In this document: positions 12,407-25,133 of the stretch, piece after piece
Layout: every line of letters starts with the position of its first letter
How positions within the stretch are numbered: position 1 is the first letter of the stretch
Assembly: GCA_010093605.1 (NCBI GenBank)
Contig: MU004181.1
Span: 744,001-808,000, forward strand
Length of the DNA stretch: 64,000 nucleotides
Direction: 5' to 3'
Origin: Lophium mytilinum
Taxonomy: Eukaryota
Program-made: the position numbers and the translations under genes
The notes under the pieces: model-generated
The model's database searches: none
What the model was told of the DNA's origin: nothing
Seen by the model: the letters and a program-made list of their open reading frames with translations, nothing else

Positions 12407-12595
12407 GGGCGACGATGGGGTGGAGGCATTGCGGTGAGAGTCGTGAGCTCGGAGGAGCAGCCGGCAACTTTTTCTCGCGACTTGCGCCAAGACATTTTTG
12501 GGCCGCTGGCTTTAGCTCCAAACTCCATCTTCACAACACCACGCTTTGCCTTCGCTGCAACCTCCGCCGCTACTGTCAAACTCACGTCTCTCGCA

Positions 12596-13050
12596 ATGTC
12601 TGATACCGAAGAAACAGGCTCTACCGCGGTGTCCGAACCCCTCGATCTGGTGCGCCTCTGTCTCGACGAGGTCGTGAGCGTCAAGCTGCGGGGCGATCGC
12701 GAACTGAAGGGACGCCTTCATGTGGGACTCCCCAGGAAGCATGCGCAAAGATACCAGCTAATCGGCGCGCAGGCCTATGATAGCCATTGCAATCTCGTTC
12801 TCGGAGACGTCGAGGAGACCATCTACATCACAGAGGAAGACGAGCACGAGCAGGAAGTCCAGAGGGTGGGTTGATACTCTGCGACACGCAGACACGCGCA
12901 AGTAGGCAAAGCTGACATATCACTGGTTCAGATAATCAAGAAGCAGTCGGAGATGCTGTTTGTTCGAGGTACGAATTCCGCGCATGAGGATGAGCCTATT
13001 CTGATTATATTGTAGGAGACTCGGTTGTCTTAATATCGCCCTTCCAATGA
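12596..13050 (+). CDS. LSM3: U6 snRNA-associated Sm-like protein Lsm3, 4 exons
   Basis: [25 protein letters not shown] / [17 protein letters not shown] / [12 protein letters not shown] / GDSVVLISP after removing three short introns. Confidence 0.95.
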
Positions 13051-13973
13051 ACGTCACGAACGCGGAGAACACCGTCGCAGTTGCTACACGAAATGAGATT
13101 GGAGCGCATGGACGATACGACATTTTTTGCAAAGCCTGTTCGGCATCAGATACCCCACCAAGTGATATGAAAGGTCCGGGAGGAGATTGACCACGAGGTT
13201 TGGAACTACAGCATGGAATATTGTGGAACCCGCACAGTCTTCACGGCATGCTTGGATTGGGGCCCGTCTGGAGCAGCATTCACACAACTACAGCATCATG
13301 CTAAATCAAGTAGTCTTATAGTCTCAAACAATTGAAGGCTTGATTCTACCCTATTTACTCTTTTGGAGGTGCGCAAGCCAAAAGAAAGACCCACGATTTC
13401 GCTCAAAAACGCAATCAGTCACTCCATCTATGGCGCCATCGGCAAGGAGAGAGGTGGAAAAGGGAATGCCGCTTGATTCGCAGCGACGGGAATTAGCCAG
13501 GTAGTCATCTAATCGTAGCCTCGTGAATGCCCATCCGTGCCGCGCTCGACCATGCAAGAAAATACAAGAAAGAAACCCGATCAATCGGGGGAAGAATGAC
13601 AGAACTACCCAAGAAGAAAGCCAACCAGGTCTTGGACCAAGATGGTGGGTAGGGCCTGTCCTCCGAATTACGACGCAATGGAGCTGATAAACTCCATTGA
13701 GTTTACGCTCCGGTCGAGGCGGTGGATGGCCATTTATTAGTGTAGCGAACGAGGGTTTGGGCACCGGAAGTGAATGCTCCTTGACTCCATCTCTTCCAAG
13801 CATGAGAATCCACCCAGAAGAAAACCAAGAGAGACGGAAGACGCCACTTCGAGCAAATTGAAAGACCAGAGAACCCAACCAATGTTCCAAGTGAATATTC
13901 ACCATCGGGAACTAACACCAGACTGTAAGGTATGTGTGATTATAGTCTTCGAAGACCTGGAGCCTCTCCTAGA

Positions 13974-16171
13974 CTATTTACGTCGCCAGGATGGGCTCTG
14001 CTCAGTCAGGCTGTCCCGTGACATAGGCGGAAGCTCGAAGCCCTTGGCAACTTCAGATTCCACGAATAGGGATGCTCGCTTGTAACGCTTGTCGCAGTAC
14101 TTCTCGTAGACCGCGGAGTGGTGCTTCTGAGGGCTTTCGCAGCACTCCAACATGACTGATATAAGCTGACGGAGCTGATTGTATGTGTGACCAGAATAAT
14201 GCACATGAGCTTGGGACTATTGATGATTAGCACTGAGGGTGGATGAGGCGGACAACAAACTTACCCATTCACCCTTCTTGAGCATTAACCGTGCCAGGCA
14301 GTGCGCACCGGCCGAGGTGAAGCTGGGAGCGCATCCAACGAAGCGCTCGTCCATGACAGTGATCTCAAGGAAGTACTTGGCGAGAGTTCGGGTCTCCAAG
14401 TCGTAGTCGTCAGCCTTGCTGATTCTCCTCAGGAAGCTCATTGGGCCCGGCCATCCCAGCTCAAACTGCAGCAAGCTAAGCATGAAACGTTCGGCCTTGA
14501 GGATCTCGTCAACCGTGTAAGCCCCGTCTACCATGTAGACAATCTCTTGGACAGAGGGACAGTTGATTTCTTCGTATTTCGCGGCGATGAAGAGAGCAGT
14601 GGCACCAACGAGTTGCAATTTGCCCAGAGACACAACCTTGCAGGAGAGGAAGCGGTCGACGTAGTTCACACTGAGGAAGAGCGTCTCCGGAAGAAGAGTG
14701 AACCGATGATGAACTTGGACAAGCCAGTCCATAAGAACAGACCGCATGGACCATTGAATCTCCGCTTGATGATCCATGTAGGAGGGGTTGGGCTTCATTC
14801 GTTCCTAGGCAATCGTTAGTACTAGAAACTGAGCTAGAATCGCACGGCTACTGACCTCGAGTGCGTGCATGTACTCGAAGATCTCCTCGCCATACTCAGC
14901 GACCATAGAAGTATCCCACTGCTCATCTTCGACCTCTTCAGGTGTCTTCATGCTGTCAACAAAGATCTTCGCGGCATCAAGCTCCCTCTCGGTCTTGGCA
15001 GTGATTCGAGGTGCGAGAACCATAGTTACTCCGCCTGTCGTATTGTCTCCACGGGAGCGTAACGATCTCGCGGTCGTATAGCCATCGGCATCGAAGTATT
15101 CCTCCTCTTCATCTTCATCCCAGTATTCCTCGGGCTCGGACCTAGGGACGGGGTGAGACTGCCTCGCTAGTTCCTCGTTGCGTTCTTGCTCCAGAACTCT
15201 AGCCTGCTCCTCAAGCGCCTCGAGATACTCATATTGGTCCTTGCCGTCATCAGACACGGCTTCGTATTTCCGATGGAACTCCGTCGTGGACATTTCCTCC
15301 GCGAGCACGTAGCGTTCTTCGACCTCAGTCACACTGGACTTGGTCTCATGGTGAGAATGGGGTTGAGGTCTGTCGATAGGAAGGTAGACTTTGGAAGTAT
15401 CCACGATAGCGCTGGCGAGGGCTTCATTGATCGATGACTCTTCACGGGCCTCGATGCTGGGAACTTCGCGTCGAGATGGAATTGGTTGATGGACGAGGGC
15501 CGTCGAAGTGGTTGGTCGAGATACCACCGAGGCCGCGGGCAGTAGAGGTTCGACGAGAGGTTCGGGGTCTAGTTCTCTGAAGACGGTTGTTGACTTCTTC
15601 GAGATTGCTTTTCGAGTGGGTGCTTCGACTGTCGGGGGCTTTGGCAACGTTGACGCGGCGGGAATTGGCGCATTGACCTGTGCAGGTTTCAGAGCCAGCG
15701 GCGCCAGTGGCCTCTGAGCTGGTCGGAGCAGCGTGGTCGGCTTAGAGAGCTCCTTCGCTGCGACAACGGCAGAGTCCTTAAGAACATCGTATACGGATTG
15801 CTTCCCGGGGAGGAGCAAATCATCCTTTGCAGGTTGTTGTCTTACGGTATTACTGACATCGGCAAACACTGTGCGCTTAGCAGCAGCTTTGATGCCGCCG
15901 GCGAGGCTCAATGTCGACAGCGCCGGCGTCGACTTGTTTCGTTGATGGATGGTCTTGCCGGCGGGCAGCTGTGGAGGCTGGTTCTCATCACGGATCCGCA
16001 ACGCGCGCATCGGTCGCTGAGGCTAGAAGACAGGACAATCACGTTAGTAAAGTGAGATGAAGGTGAGTTGTTTGTTGATAGTCAAGACCAAACATGGCCT
16101 CAAAAGCGGCCGGTCATCAAACGCGACTCGGAGAAGTAAGGAACAGAAGAACAGCGTACCTTTGCATCCAT
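13974..16171 (-). CDS. B-type cyclin, Clb3/Clb4-like. Exons 16171-16160, 16022-14856, 14804-14265, 14216-13974
   Basis: D-box RTVFADVSN, cyclin box MRSVLMDWLVQVH..ETLFLSVNYVDRFLS..AAKYEEI; canonical introns. Confidence 0.93.
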
Positions 16172-16360
16172 GTTGCGAAGCTGTAGACGTAGAGCCCACG
16201 GTGGTTAGAGGTGGACGGCGGGCTGCTGGGTGCGGTGGTGGTGAGATGTGGAGCTGCGAAGATGGTTCCCAGATTGGAAGAGATCTTGGAAAGGAGACGT
16301 CCGCGCAGTGATGGAAGAATTGAGACGCAGGGAGCGAGCTGGTAGCCGCCTAGAAAACAA

Positions 16361-16972
16361 ACGCGTCAATAAGGAAACATTCCATAAGGTGGTGCCGCGG
16401 AACAATGGTCGTGGGTGAGAGACCAAGAAGATGGGTGTTGTGGTCGGCGCTGGGAACTGGAGGAAGCTTTGTAGCAAGCGCGATGTTGTTCGCTCCTAGG
16501 CAGACCCAAACAAACATTGACCAGCCAGGGTCTAAAGCTTGGCACAGGCTAACCCGTTGCTTCCTGGCAACCGTTTCGGGCATGCAGTGACTCAGCGGAG
16601 CGGGCAGGCCTGCGGGACAGAGACTGGACGAATGCGCTGCCATCACTCTCTCACCCTGCAGTGAGTTTGTTGTTTGATGGCTGTTTGGGTGCATCGCGCC
16701 TCCCGCCGAGTCCCAACCCGTGGCTGCCCCTTGACCCCGCCAATCAGCGGCTAGCGGCGTCGGCAGAACAATTATCCGCTAGCGTTAATACCAACGTCAC
16801 TGTGGCTCGTCACGACTCTCGAATTTCAACTTCTGCACGCCTCTTCGCACCCGCACCGCAACACTGCAATTACTCTCTCAATAAATTTTCCCCAATATGA
16901 AGCCTCCCGTCGGATCACTCTCCGATTAATACCGACCGCTCTTCCGCGTTGTTTGTTCCTGCAGCCACGCGT
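16361..16972. promoter_or_regulatory. MCB elements (ACGCGT) upstream of the cyclin
   Basis: Perfect ACGCGT at 16361-16366 and 16967-16972, plus nearby CGCGT cores. Confidence 0.45.
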
Positions 16973-19129
16973 ATGCCATTCGCGCGTCGTCCGCCAGGGT
17001 CTGCTTTAGCTCGACACGAACCAGCAGCGAGCGCACATGACCGGACCTCGCACCCACTTTTGCCCACGACTCTCAAAATGGCCTCCACCGCCAACTGAAC
17101 AAAGGCCGCCATCAGCTAAACTAACTCCCGAGTCCTTTCGCGCCGCGGTGCATCGGTTGGCGGCCCCAGCTGACGGCACGGCACTGCCACTGCCGCCCGC
17201 GGGCAACCTATCAGTCAAAAGCCCTGCCTCCGGTTTCAAACTGGCCGTCTGCAAGCGACACGAACCTCATCTTTGCGCCGCTGCGTGCGCCTCTCCTCCG
17301 ATGGCGCCCGAGGCTGCGACACGTCTGCGGATGGTTGGGCCCGGCTATCGCGCACCGTTTGGATCTGGCTTTGGCTGTGTGGGAGCCATTATCTCTGGGC
17401 ACGACGGTGTTTCGCCCAGCGCATGACGCCCACTAGATACACAAGACATGCAACCACAAAGCTAAACCGTGCGGCTGCAGTTGCGCACATGGCAGATGAT
17501 CTTCAACGCCCTTCATCCAGATTCGGATTGGGACCCTCGTTGCGCTATTGACAGTTGCGACAGCGGAGCAGACGCTCTCCTTGCCGGACGCCGAGCTGCT
17601 GGAAGAATGCGGGACTGCGCTGGTGACATGCCCTTCTCAGAGTGCCGCTTTGGCTTCATATCCTCACACGATGTGATGCGACTTGCGCCGCTCGACGGTG
17701 ACGACCTGGACGGGCGCTGTCGACTCCGATGGCTGATGTGTGAGGGGATCGAGCGCTCGCGGAGCTCCTCCCAGACGCCGCACACCAATCGGTCTTTCAG
17801 CGCTTGAGAACCTGCGGAATCAATGACTTGCCCCGTCTCCTGATTTTACACCTAAATGCGACCGCGACTGCTGGAGTAAGGCGGCATCAGAGGGCCATGG
17901 TGGCCTTGCGCATCAGGATGCTCCGTCCCCTCCTCAGAGTGGCGATAGAGTCAATTGTGCAGCGCATCACCTCATTGGCTGCGCACGTGGCGGTATAGAA
18001 AGTGCTCCGCTGCTCCAGCGTTTCTTGGAGTGATGGAGCTTGTCTGCGGCATGCATTCATAGCTGGTTTCCCCATTGGCCGCGTAGGCCGAAGAGTATGC
18101 GCTCGGGAGTCTGGCTCCAGTTTCGACCTCAACGGTGTGCGCCAATAGGCAAAGTTGCGCTCTAGGGTTTGTTTTGCGTACTTTTCCGGTTCTAATGCAC
18201 ACGCCGCCCGTGCTTTCGTATCTGAGCACCGGTTTGGTATCGAGTTGCGCCGCCCTTGGGTGACAGCGGCCTGTGTCGCAGGCGTCACGGGGAGCGCTTT
18301 GCCAACTTCCTGTGACCTGTAGATGTGCTCTCTGAATTCGAGCTTTCTGAAACCGATAGTGCCGGCCAGCGTCTCGCGAATTGCACCGTCTCTGCATTTG
18401 CGTCGTGGTTCCTCGTTGTTGAGCGGCACATGCTGGCACGCATGCCAGCTGCGTAGCCTGACAACTGCTCGCTTCGTCCTCACACTCCTCTCCTCCACCT
18501 GAACACCGCCCTCCTTCTCCCCCAACCCACCCACCCCTTCACGTTGCGCCGCCAGTGCTTGAATCCGTTCGCAAAGTGTAAGAGATACTCTCTGCCGACT
18601 TTGATGCTATCGCCTCGAAGCCTCGAACAGATGTGCCGCCCAGACTGCTAACTCGAGCGCAGTAGGGACGAGGAATCGGCGCTTCACGGGAGCACGCCAA
18701 CACCCACCTCGCTGCTCATCTGACCCTTCTTGGTATGTAGAATCTTCCCGCCGTCATATGCGACCGCATCTACACTGCCTCTGCCCTAAAACACCCATCA
18801 TTGTGCGAGTTCCCAGACTCGTCATCGCCCTCCTTCTCCACCCTTGTGGCCTCCGTCGGGTCGAACAGGACCACACTGCCCCGATCCTGCCTCGCTCTCC
18901 CTCATCAAGACCCATCTAGCACCGCCAGACCATCCAAGAGTGAAGCGGAGCTAATATTCGGCATCCAGGGCTGGCATCATTTGCCTCATCCTCCTCTCCT
19001 CCCACCGACCCTTGCGACCCGGATAGGTATCCGTGGCCACCCACCAACAACCTCCTTACACCTATACATTGCTAGAAAGGGGTCAGGAAAGCCCTAGGAA
19101 GACATCCAAGCGCAAATAAATCATTTGCA

Positions 19130-21245
19130 ATGGACCTCTCCAACATGCTTACCGACGCCCATGCTGAGGGTGCTGGACGGCCACACCCGATCAGCGAGGG
19201 GATGCCGCCAACCCGGCAATACATGACACGACAAAGTGTCCCCCCGTATGAAATGCAACACCACAGCAATGGATATGCTGTCCCCAGCTATCAAGAACCA
19301 AACAACTTCACACCCGCCAGCTCCTTATCACCCACCAAGACCGCTGACCCGAAGCATGTTAGCTTTGAGCTACTTCTCCCCCAGTCTCCTCAGGCTCGGG
19401 CGAGACTACCGATGCGTGTGAATATCTTCCCGCACGATACAACCGACTCCATCATTACAACAGTGAAGAACTTCTATGGCTTGTATGAGCGACGAGGCGT
19501 CTGCTTCGAGGACCGCCATGGCGTCACTCTCATCGCTAGATATGAGAACTTCGCCCACAACATGGTCGTATATGTAAGGGTCACGAACGAGGAAGTCGAG
19601 CCAGAAGAATACTCCCCTGCGCCTCGCCAGTCTTTGTCACCGAGACGTCCTCATCTGGACGAGCCATTCCAAATGCTCCCTCCTTCGCTCAGTCACCAAC
19701 TGTCCATGCCAGCTTCCCGTACCGCTCGGCAACGCAGTCACTCCCCTCAATCTGGGCGAGGACGGCGCAGTGCTTCTGCGAGCACCAATTCGAAGCGCAT
19801 TCGACCAGCTGCCAAGAGTCGCACTGGTAGTTCCCACGGCAGTTTCGCAGACCCTCATGGCGACGCTGCCAACGGATACAGTGATAGCGATGGTGGCAAT
19901 GGGTCAGTCACTAGCTCTCGCCGCGGTCGGGCTGAGCAACTGGCAAGCGCCGAGATTTCTCTCGACAATATTGTCGAAGGTGGACGTAGAAAGAGGGCCA
20001 AGTTCGATAGCTCTGTAAGTCTCACCATATACAGCGCACCAACCCACAAGTGCCTCCATTCTAATCAACTTTCGTACATAGGAGCTACCGTTGTTCGTCC
20101 CTCCGCAGGTGCCAATGACAGCGTCGCTCTCCTCGGTCTCCCCACAGCGACGTATCAGCAGTCACAATGGCGCCTCGCCCTTCTCCTACACAAACCAGCA
20201 GACCTTCTCCTACGCACATCCTCTCCCCTCGCCGCAAAGCTATGGTCATGGGGATGTTTCATACTTGCAGGGGCTGAGCACTCCGTTCTCTGCCTCGAAT
20301 GGCCAGCCGCACGGCCACCGGTCGCGTACACGTGGCTCGGCCCAATACGTCCCCAATCGTCTCTCAGGCAACGGAGGGATCTTCCCAACGCCAGATCCCA
20401 CTGTTGGCAGTGTTATCTCGGATGAGGATGTCGCTCTGCAGTTAATGCGACTGGGCGATGCTTCGAATATCTCGGCGCACGGGCGCACATCCACCTCCAC
20501 ACTTGATGACGCTTTAAGCGGCAAAGCAGAAGCTGCTTCATCAAGCGAAGAAAGCGACGAGGGCAGCGATGTCGGCGAAGGCGAACTACCGATGCTGCCA
20601 TACAGCGCAAACCCGATTGCACATGGCCAAGAATTCGACAGTGGAGAGACTAGCGGTGAAGATTACGAGGATGATAGGGACGAATCCTTCAAGGGTGGTA
20701 GTGACGAGATCATGCCCGATGCGGATCTCCAGGGATCTTTGCCGAAGCCAAATGGCTCCATGTCGTCGAAGGGGCGGTCTAGCGTGTCCGGCTCCAAGCA
20801 CTCCAAGTCTGGGAAGCCTCGCGGGCCTTCATCCAAGAAGAACAAGGTTGTCGGCACTGCCAAACCACCCATCTCCCCAACCTCACTCCCTCCACAATCG
20901 CGCAAAGCGTCCAGCGCGTCTCTGAACTTCCAACACCCGCTTGGCGTTGATGAGGAGGATTTGTCTACGAAGCCACGTTGCCAGCGCTGCCGCAAGAGCA
21001 AGAAAGGATGCGATCGTCAACGACCATGCCAGCGATGCAAAGATGCCGGCATTGGGCACGACGGATGCGTCAGCGAAGACGAAGGTAACGGCCGGAAGGG
21101 CCGATATGGACGGCACATGGGAGTCCCGGTCAAGAAGACTTCAGATGATATGTCTGTGACTGATGGAGCCATGTCTGCACCGCCTTCTGCTTACTCACCA
21201 ATGTCCGCCATCTCGCCTGACAAGAGTAAGAAGAGGAAGCGGTAG
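19130..21245 (+). CDS. C6 (Zn2Cys6) finger protein with C-terminal cluster. Exons 19130-20014, 20082-21245
   Basis: CQRCRKSKKGCDRQRPCQRCKDAGIGHDGC; GTAAGT..CTAAT..TAG intron joins the two ORF-track frames; terminal KKRKR NLS-like motif. Confidence 0.9.
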
Positions 21246-23153
21246 GCGATGTCAGTTGCGCGGCATATGGCAGACGTCGAGTATCGCATACGTTTGGCTA
21301 GGACAAAACCAGCACTACTACTTTCACTACAGCACACCAACGAATTTCTTTCTCAGACTTCTAATGGCGGCGAATCAGGGCGGTCCCTCTTCTCTATTAT
21401 GCTTTCTTTGTTATTTTCTATTTCCGTGTCGGTGCATTTGGAGTACTTGCGTTGTCGCACAATGGAGCGAGAGCGGAGAATTTGGGAAGTAGGGGGCGGA
21501 GCACGATGTTACGAACGGCCTTTTTTCTTTTACAGCCAGTTGCTTTGTGTCCAAATTGTAGTTGCTTACCTCACTCCTTCTCACACCGGCGCGTTTGTTC
21601 TGCTTTCTTTGTTGCCTTTTTGAGCTTTTCTCCCGATCAATCTGTGTCACAATCCAAACTCCTTGGTCACAATTGTAGCATCTTTGGATAGTGGGGGAAC
21701 TCTACTCTACCTCACTACTCTACTCCTCAACCCTTAAAAGTTTTAGTACTCTTTCCTTTTGGCGCTATTAGCGTGACGGGCGGTGGTATTCGCAATACTT
21801 CCTCTTCCTTTGCCACCTCCCTCTCTCTCTCCTTCGAAGTTGGCTCTAGGGTTCTCGGTTGGCATGGACGGCAACGGTGGGCGGCGCGGCGGCAAGGTGC
21901 AGTCTTTCGATAGGGCAGGCGGTTAGTGGGCAACGGGTATCTCGGAAACCTCTCTCTAATTCGGGGGCTCGGCTGGAAGCGTGGATGGGAGGCTTTGTGT
22001 TCCTAGCACACTCAGGTGATGGGCGGCGGAACGGTGTTTCGGGTGTGTGTACTTACTGGGACTTGGTTCCCCTCAATTCACGATCTTAGACATGGCTGAT
22101 GCGGATGATTTGTGTGACAGGTTCTAGTCTGGTTCGTGATAAAGGGCCTCCACCTATCCTATTGGTTCTGGGGAGCTGGATTCGTCTCAGCTTGAGCGCG
22201 AGGCGGCTTGTCCCATCTGGGCGACACAGATAGGTAAAGGCTGGTTCTGAGGCCTTGGGCGTGGGGCCTCAGGCGCCGACTGGGGGCAGCGCGCGCTTAG
22301 TGGAATTGCACACAATTGTCGTACAAACTAGATGATGAATCAAGGTATGGGGGACTCATGCCCACTTATCCATCATTCCCTAGACATGTTTATAGCAATA
22401 GCATGTTTACGCTCTTGTCACACGCTATCCTTTCATTGTTTGCTAGCGGTTGACTGCTATCAAGCTTGGCTTTGCAAGCATCGCATCTATCCCGCTCCAT
22501 GTCCGTGTTGCAACCCCATTCACACAATACACTCAAACCATCCTTTATTTACTCCGCACCGAATCAACTATTTACCCCGCTTCGATCCTTACCACGACTC
22601 TCACAATCAATTTTGACTTTCCCCACTCTCCTTCTCCCGACGGCTCGCTCGTGTGGCACGAGCCGATCCCGTGTGCGGTTAGGGCGGGACGATAGCGGGT
22701 CCCGAAATAGATGCGAGCTTGGGCCGCGGAGCAGCTCGTGGGACAGCCTCGCCTTGCAAGGTCGGAGGAAAGATTCGCGGGTGTGCGCCTCCGATCTGCG
22801 TGGTGGAGACTGGAGCCTTGGCGCTGGATATGGGATGGAGAATTGAGGTTCTGTAGTAGAGTTGCGGTTCTGCATGCAAAGTGTAGAGTGCTTGTTGGTA
22901 GCTCCCAATAGTCAAGTTCCCGGTGTTGAAGTTGTGAAACGAATTGGGATGGCTGTGCCGTGGTGATGCATCCGATTCAAGCTTGAATCCTCCATCCAGC
23001 ACAGCCTCATTTACTCACCTTGCACCTCTCTTCAACCACAACTCAGCCTTCTTTTCTGCTGTCTGTCATTATCCCTTCGTGAACCTCCTCATCTCTACTG
23101 CGACGCACAGCTAGACTGAACAAACCTTATTCCAACGTCCAGCTCTGGCCACA

Positions 23154-25133
23154 ATGGCAGACCCCTCCGTGGCCCCAGTCTCCTCCATCAAGTCGCGGAT
23201 AGCAGCCCTCAACCTCGAGAAAGTACACCATCCTGAACCCGGAGCCCCTCCTCCCTATTCCTTCGAGCACGCCGCTGTCAAGAAATCGCGACCGCCCCCG
23301 CCTCCGCCTTCGAAACGCCCCTCGATCGAACCGCGGAGCCAGACGACGAACAATCCTCCGCTTCAGAGCAATGGGACTACCTCTACACGAGCTATCGGGA
23401 ACCAACCCATTAATGGCAGCGATAATGCCCCGAAGAAGCAGCAGCCTGCTCTGCCACCGAGACTGCCCCCGCGAACAAACTCGAACGTAGCCTCGCAGCC
23501 GGCCCCACCCAGCCTTCCTCCGCGCAAGGCTTCGGAGCATAGCATAAGGACAAAGGGTTCTGTGGAATCTATCTCGACAATAGCATCGGGCCGGTCTGCG
23601 GTGTCGGTTGGGTCTACGAGGACGAGTTTCAGTGGCGCGTCTGGAGGCGAAGGGCAACAATACAGGGTCAAGGCACCGCCTTATGATCCGTCGAAACTGC
23701 CTCCTCTGCCGCCAAAGAAGGCAAAGGAAGAGCCAAAGCCTACTCCTTCGAGGACGGCCTTGAAGCCTACACGTTCGTCGCCGAGTGTAGTCGAGAAAAC
23801 TGAGCCCAGAGCTTTTCAACCACCACCAGTCCTTCCATCTCGACCTCCCCTCCCGTCGCGCCAATCTACAACTCCAAACCCCGTCTCAGCACATATAGCA
23901 CCACCCAAGCGATCTGCTCTATCTTTTGGCCTCAACAAGAACCTCGAAACCCCACCGCCGCTCCCTCCAAGCCGTCCCGGCCCCGACTCCGCGGGCTCAC
24001 CACCCCCCATCCCCCTCTCCTCCCGCCCCAACCTAGCGGCCCTACAAGCCTCAAAACCAAAGAGCACCTCCAGCTGTCTCGTCTGCCGCGACTTCTCCGC
24101 CCCCGACGCCCACGCGGCCCGCTTCCCGCGCCAAACCCTCCCCACCCAAGACCTCTCATGGCTCGCGACTCAACTCACCTCCCCCTTCCCCTCCCTCACC
24201 GACAGAGCCCGCACACTCTTCACCTGGCTGCACCACAACATCGACTACAACGTCGCCGACTTCTTCAGCGGCAACCTCAAACCCTCCACCCCGGCCTCAA
24301 CCCTCTCCACCGGCCTCGCCGTCTGCGAAGGCTACGCCGCCCTCTTCACCGCCCTCGCCACCCACTGCGGCCTCGAATCCGTCGTCATCGGCGGCCACGG
24401 CAAAGGCTTCGGCCACTCCGCCCTCACCCCGGGCGCACCGATCCCGCCCTTCAACGCCGGCCACGCATGGAACGCCGTGCGCATCGACGGCGGCGAGTGG
24501 AAGCTCATCGACTGCTGCTGGGGCGCCGGCAACGTCGGCGGCGGCGGGTCCGGGCAGGCCTACGAGCGCAACTTCAAGCCGCAGTTCTTCAGCATGCCGA
24601 ACAATGAGTTCGCCGCGCGGCACTTCCCCGAGGATAATGAACTCCAGTTTAGAACGGATGGCCGCGTGATGGGGTGGGAGGAGTATATGCTCGACGACGC
24701 GGGGGAGCGGGTGCAGGTGTACGGCGGCTGTTTCCCGGAGCATGGGATTGGGGAGAGGACGTTTCAGCCCGAATTTAGGCATGTGAAGGCGGATGCGGGC
24801 GCGGGGGAGCTGGTGAGGTTTCGGTTTGGGAAGGTGTGTGAGCATTGGGAGAATGAGAGGTGTGGCAGGGGGAAGATGTATCCGATGGTGTTGCATGTGC
24901 CTGGAGTGGGTGGGGGGAAGGAGGATTATCTAGCGTTTGAGACGGATGGGAGGGTTTGGTGGGTGGATGTGCCGAGGAGGGAGTTGGGGAGGGCGGGGCA
25001 GAGGGTTAGTGTGTTTGCGGTAACGAGTATGGGGGGGAGGGATGCGAGGGGGGTCAGTGTGGGGGAGTATAAGAGTAAGAAGGGGAGGGTGGGGATGGGG
25101 TTTGGGGGGGTGTGTGCTTGGGATTTGGTCTAG
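23154..25133 (+). CDS. Transglutaminase-like (Cyk3/kyphoscoliosis peptidase family) protein with proline-rich N-terminal half
   Basis: RTLFTWLHHNIDY, AVCEGYA, GHAWNAV, LIDCCWG give an intact Cys-His-Asp triad; many PPxLPxR SH3-ligand motifs. Confidence 0.9.
   Translation: MADPSVAPVSSIKSRIAALNLEKVHHPEPGAPPPYSFEHAAVKKSRPPPPPPSKRPSIEPRSQTTNNPPLQSNGTTSTRAIGNQPINGSDNAPKKQQPALPPRLPPRTNSNVASQPAPPSLPPRKASEHSIRTKGSVESISTIASGRSAVSVGSTRTSFSGASGGEGQQYRVKAPPYDPSKLPPLPPKKAKEEPKPTPSRTALKPTRSSPSVVEKTEPRAFQPPPVLPSRPPLPSRQSTTPNPVSAHIAPPKRSALSFGLNKNLETPPPLPPSRPGPDSAGSPPPIPLSSRPNLAALQASKPKSTSSCLVCRDFSAPDAHAARFPRQTLPTQDLSWLATQLTSPFPSLTDRARTLFTWLHHNIDYNVADFFSGNLKPSTPASTLSTGLAVCEGYAALFTALATHCGLESVVIGGHGKGFGHSALTPGAPIPPFNAGHAWNAVRIDGGEWKLIDCCWGAGNVGGGGSGQAYERNFKPQFFSMPNNEFAARHFPEDNELQFRTDGRVMGWEEYMLDDAGERVQVYGGCFPEHGIGERTFQPEFRHVKADAGAGELVRFRFGKVCEHWENERCGRGKMYPMVLHVPGVGGGKEDYLAFETDGRVWWVDVPRRELGRAGQRVSVFAVTSMGGRDARGVSVGEYKSKKGRVGMGFGGVCAWDLV

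Noticed and set aside
12176..12595. N-terminal extension of LSM3 in the ORF track
   Set aside because: It overlaps AEP2 on the other strand; Lsm3 homology starts at ATG 12596.
13351..13905. 184-aa minus-strand ORF
   Set aside because: Lies in the probable cyclin 3' UTR; no motifs.
16900..18540. Multiple 60-215 aa ORFs on both strands
   Set aside because: GC-rich regulatory region; overlapping frames with no coherent coding signal.
21698..21727. CTCTA-type short repeat
   Set aside because: Degenerate microsatellite of no evident significance.
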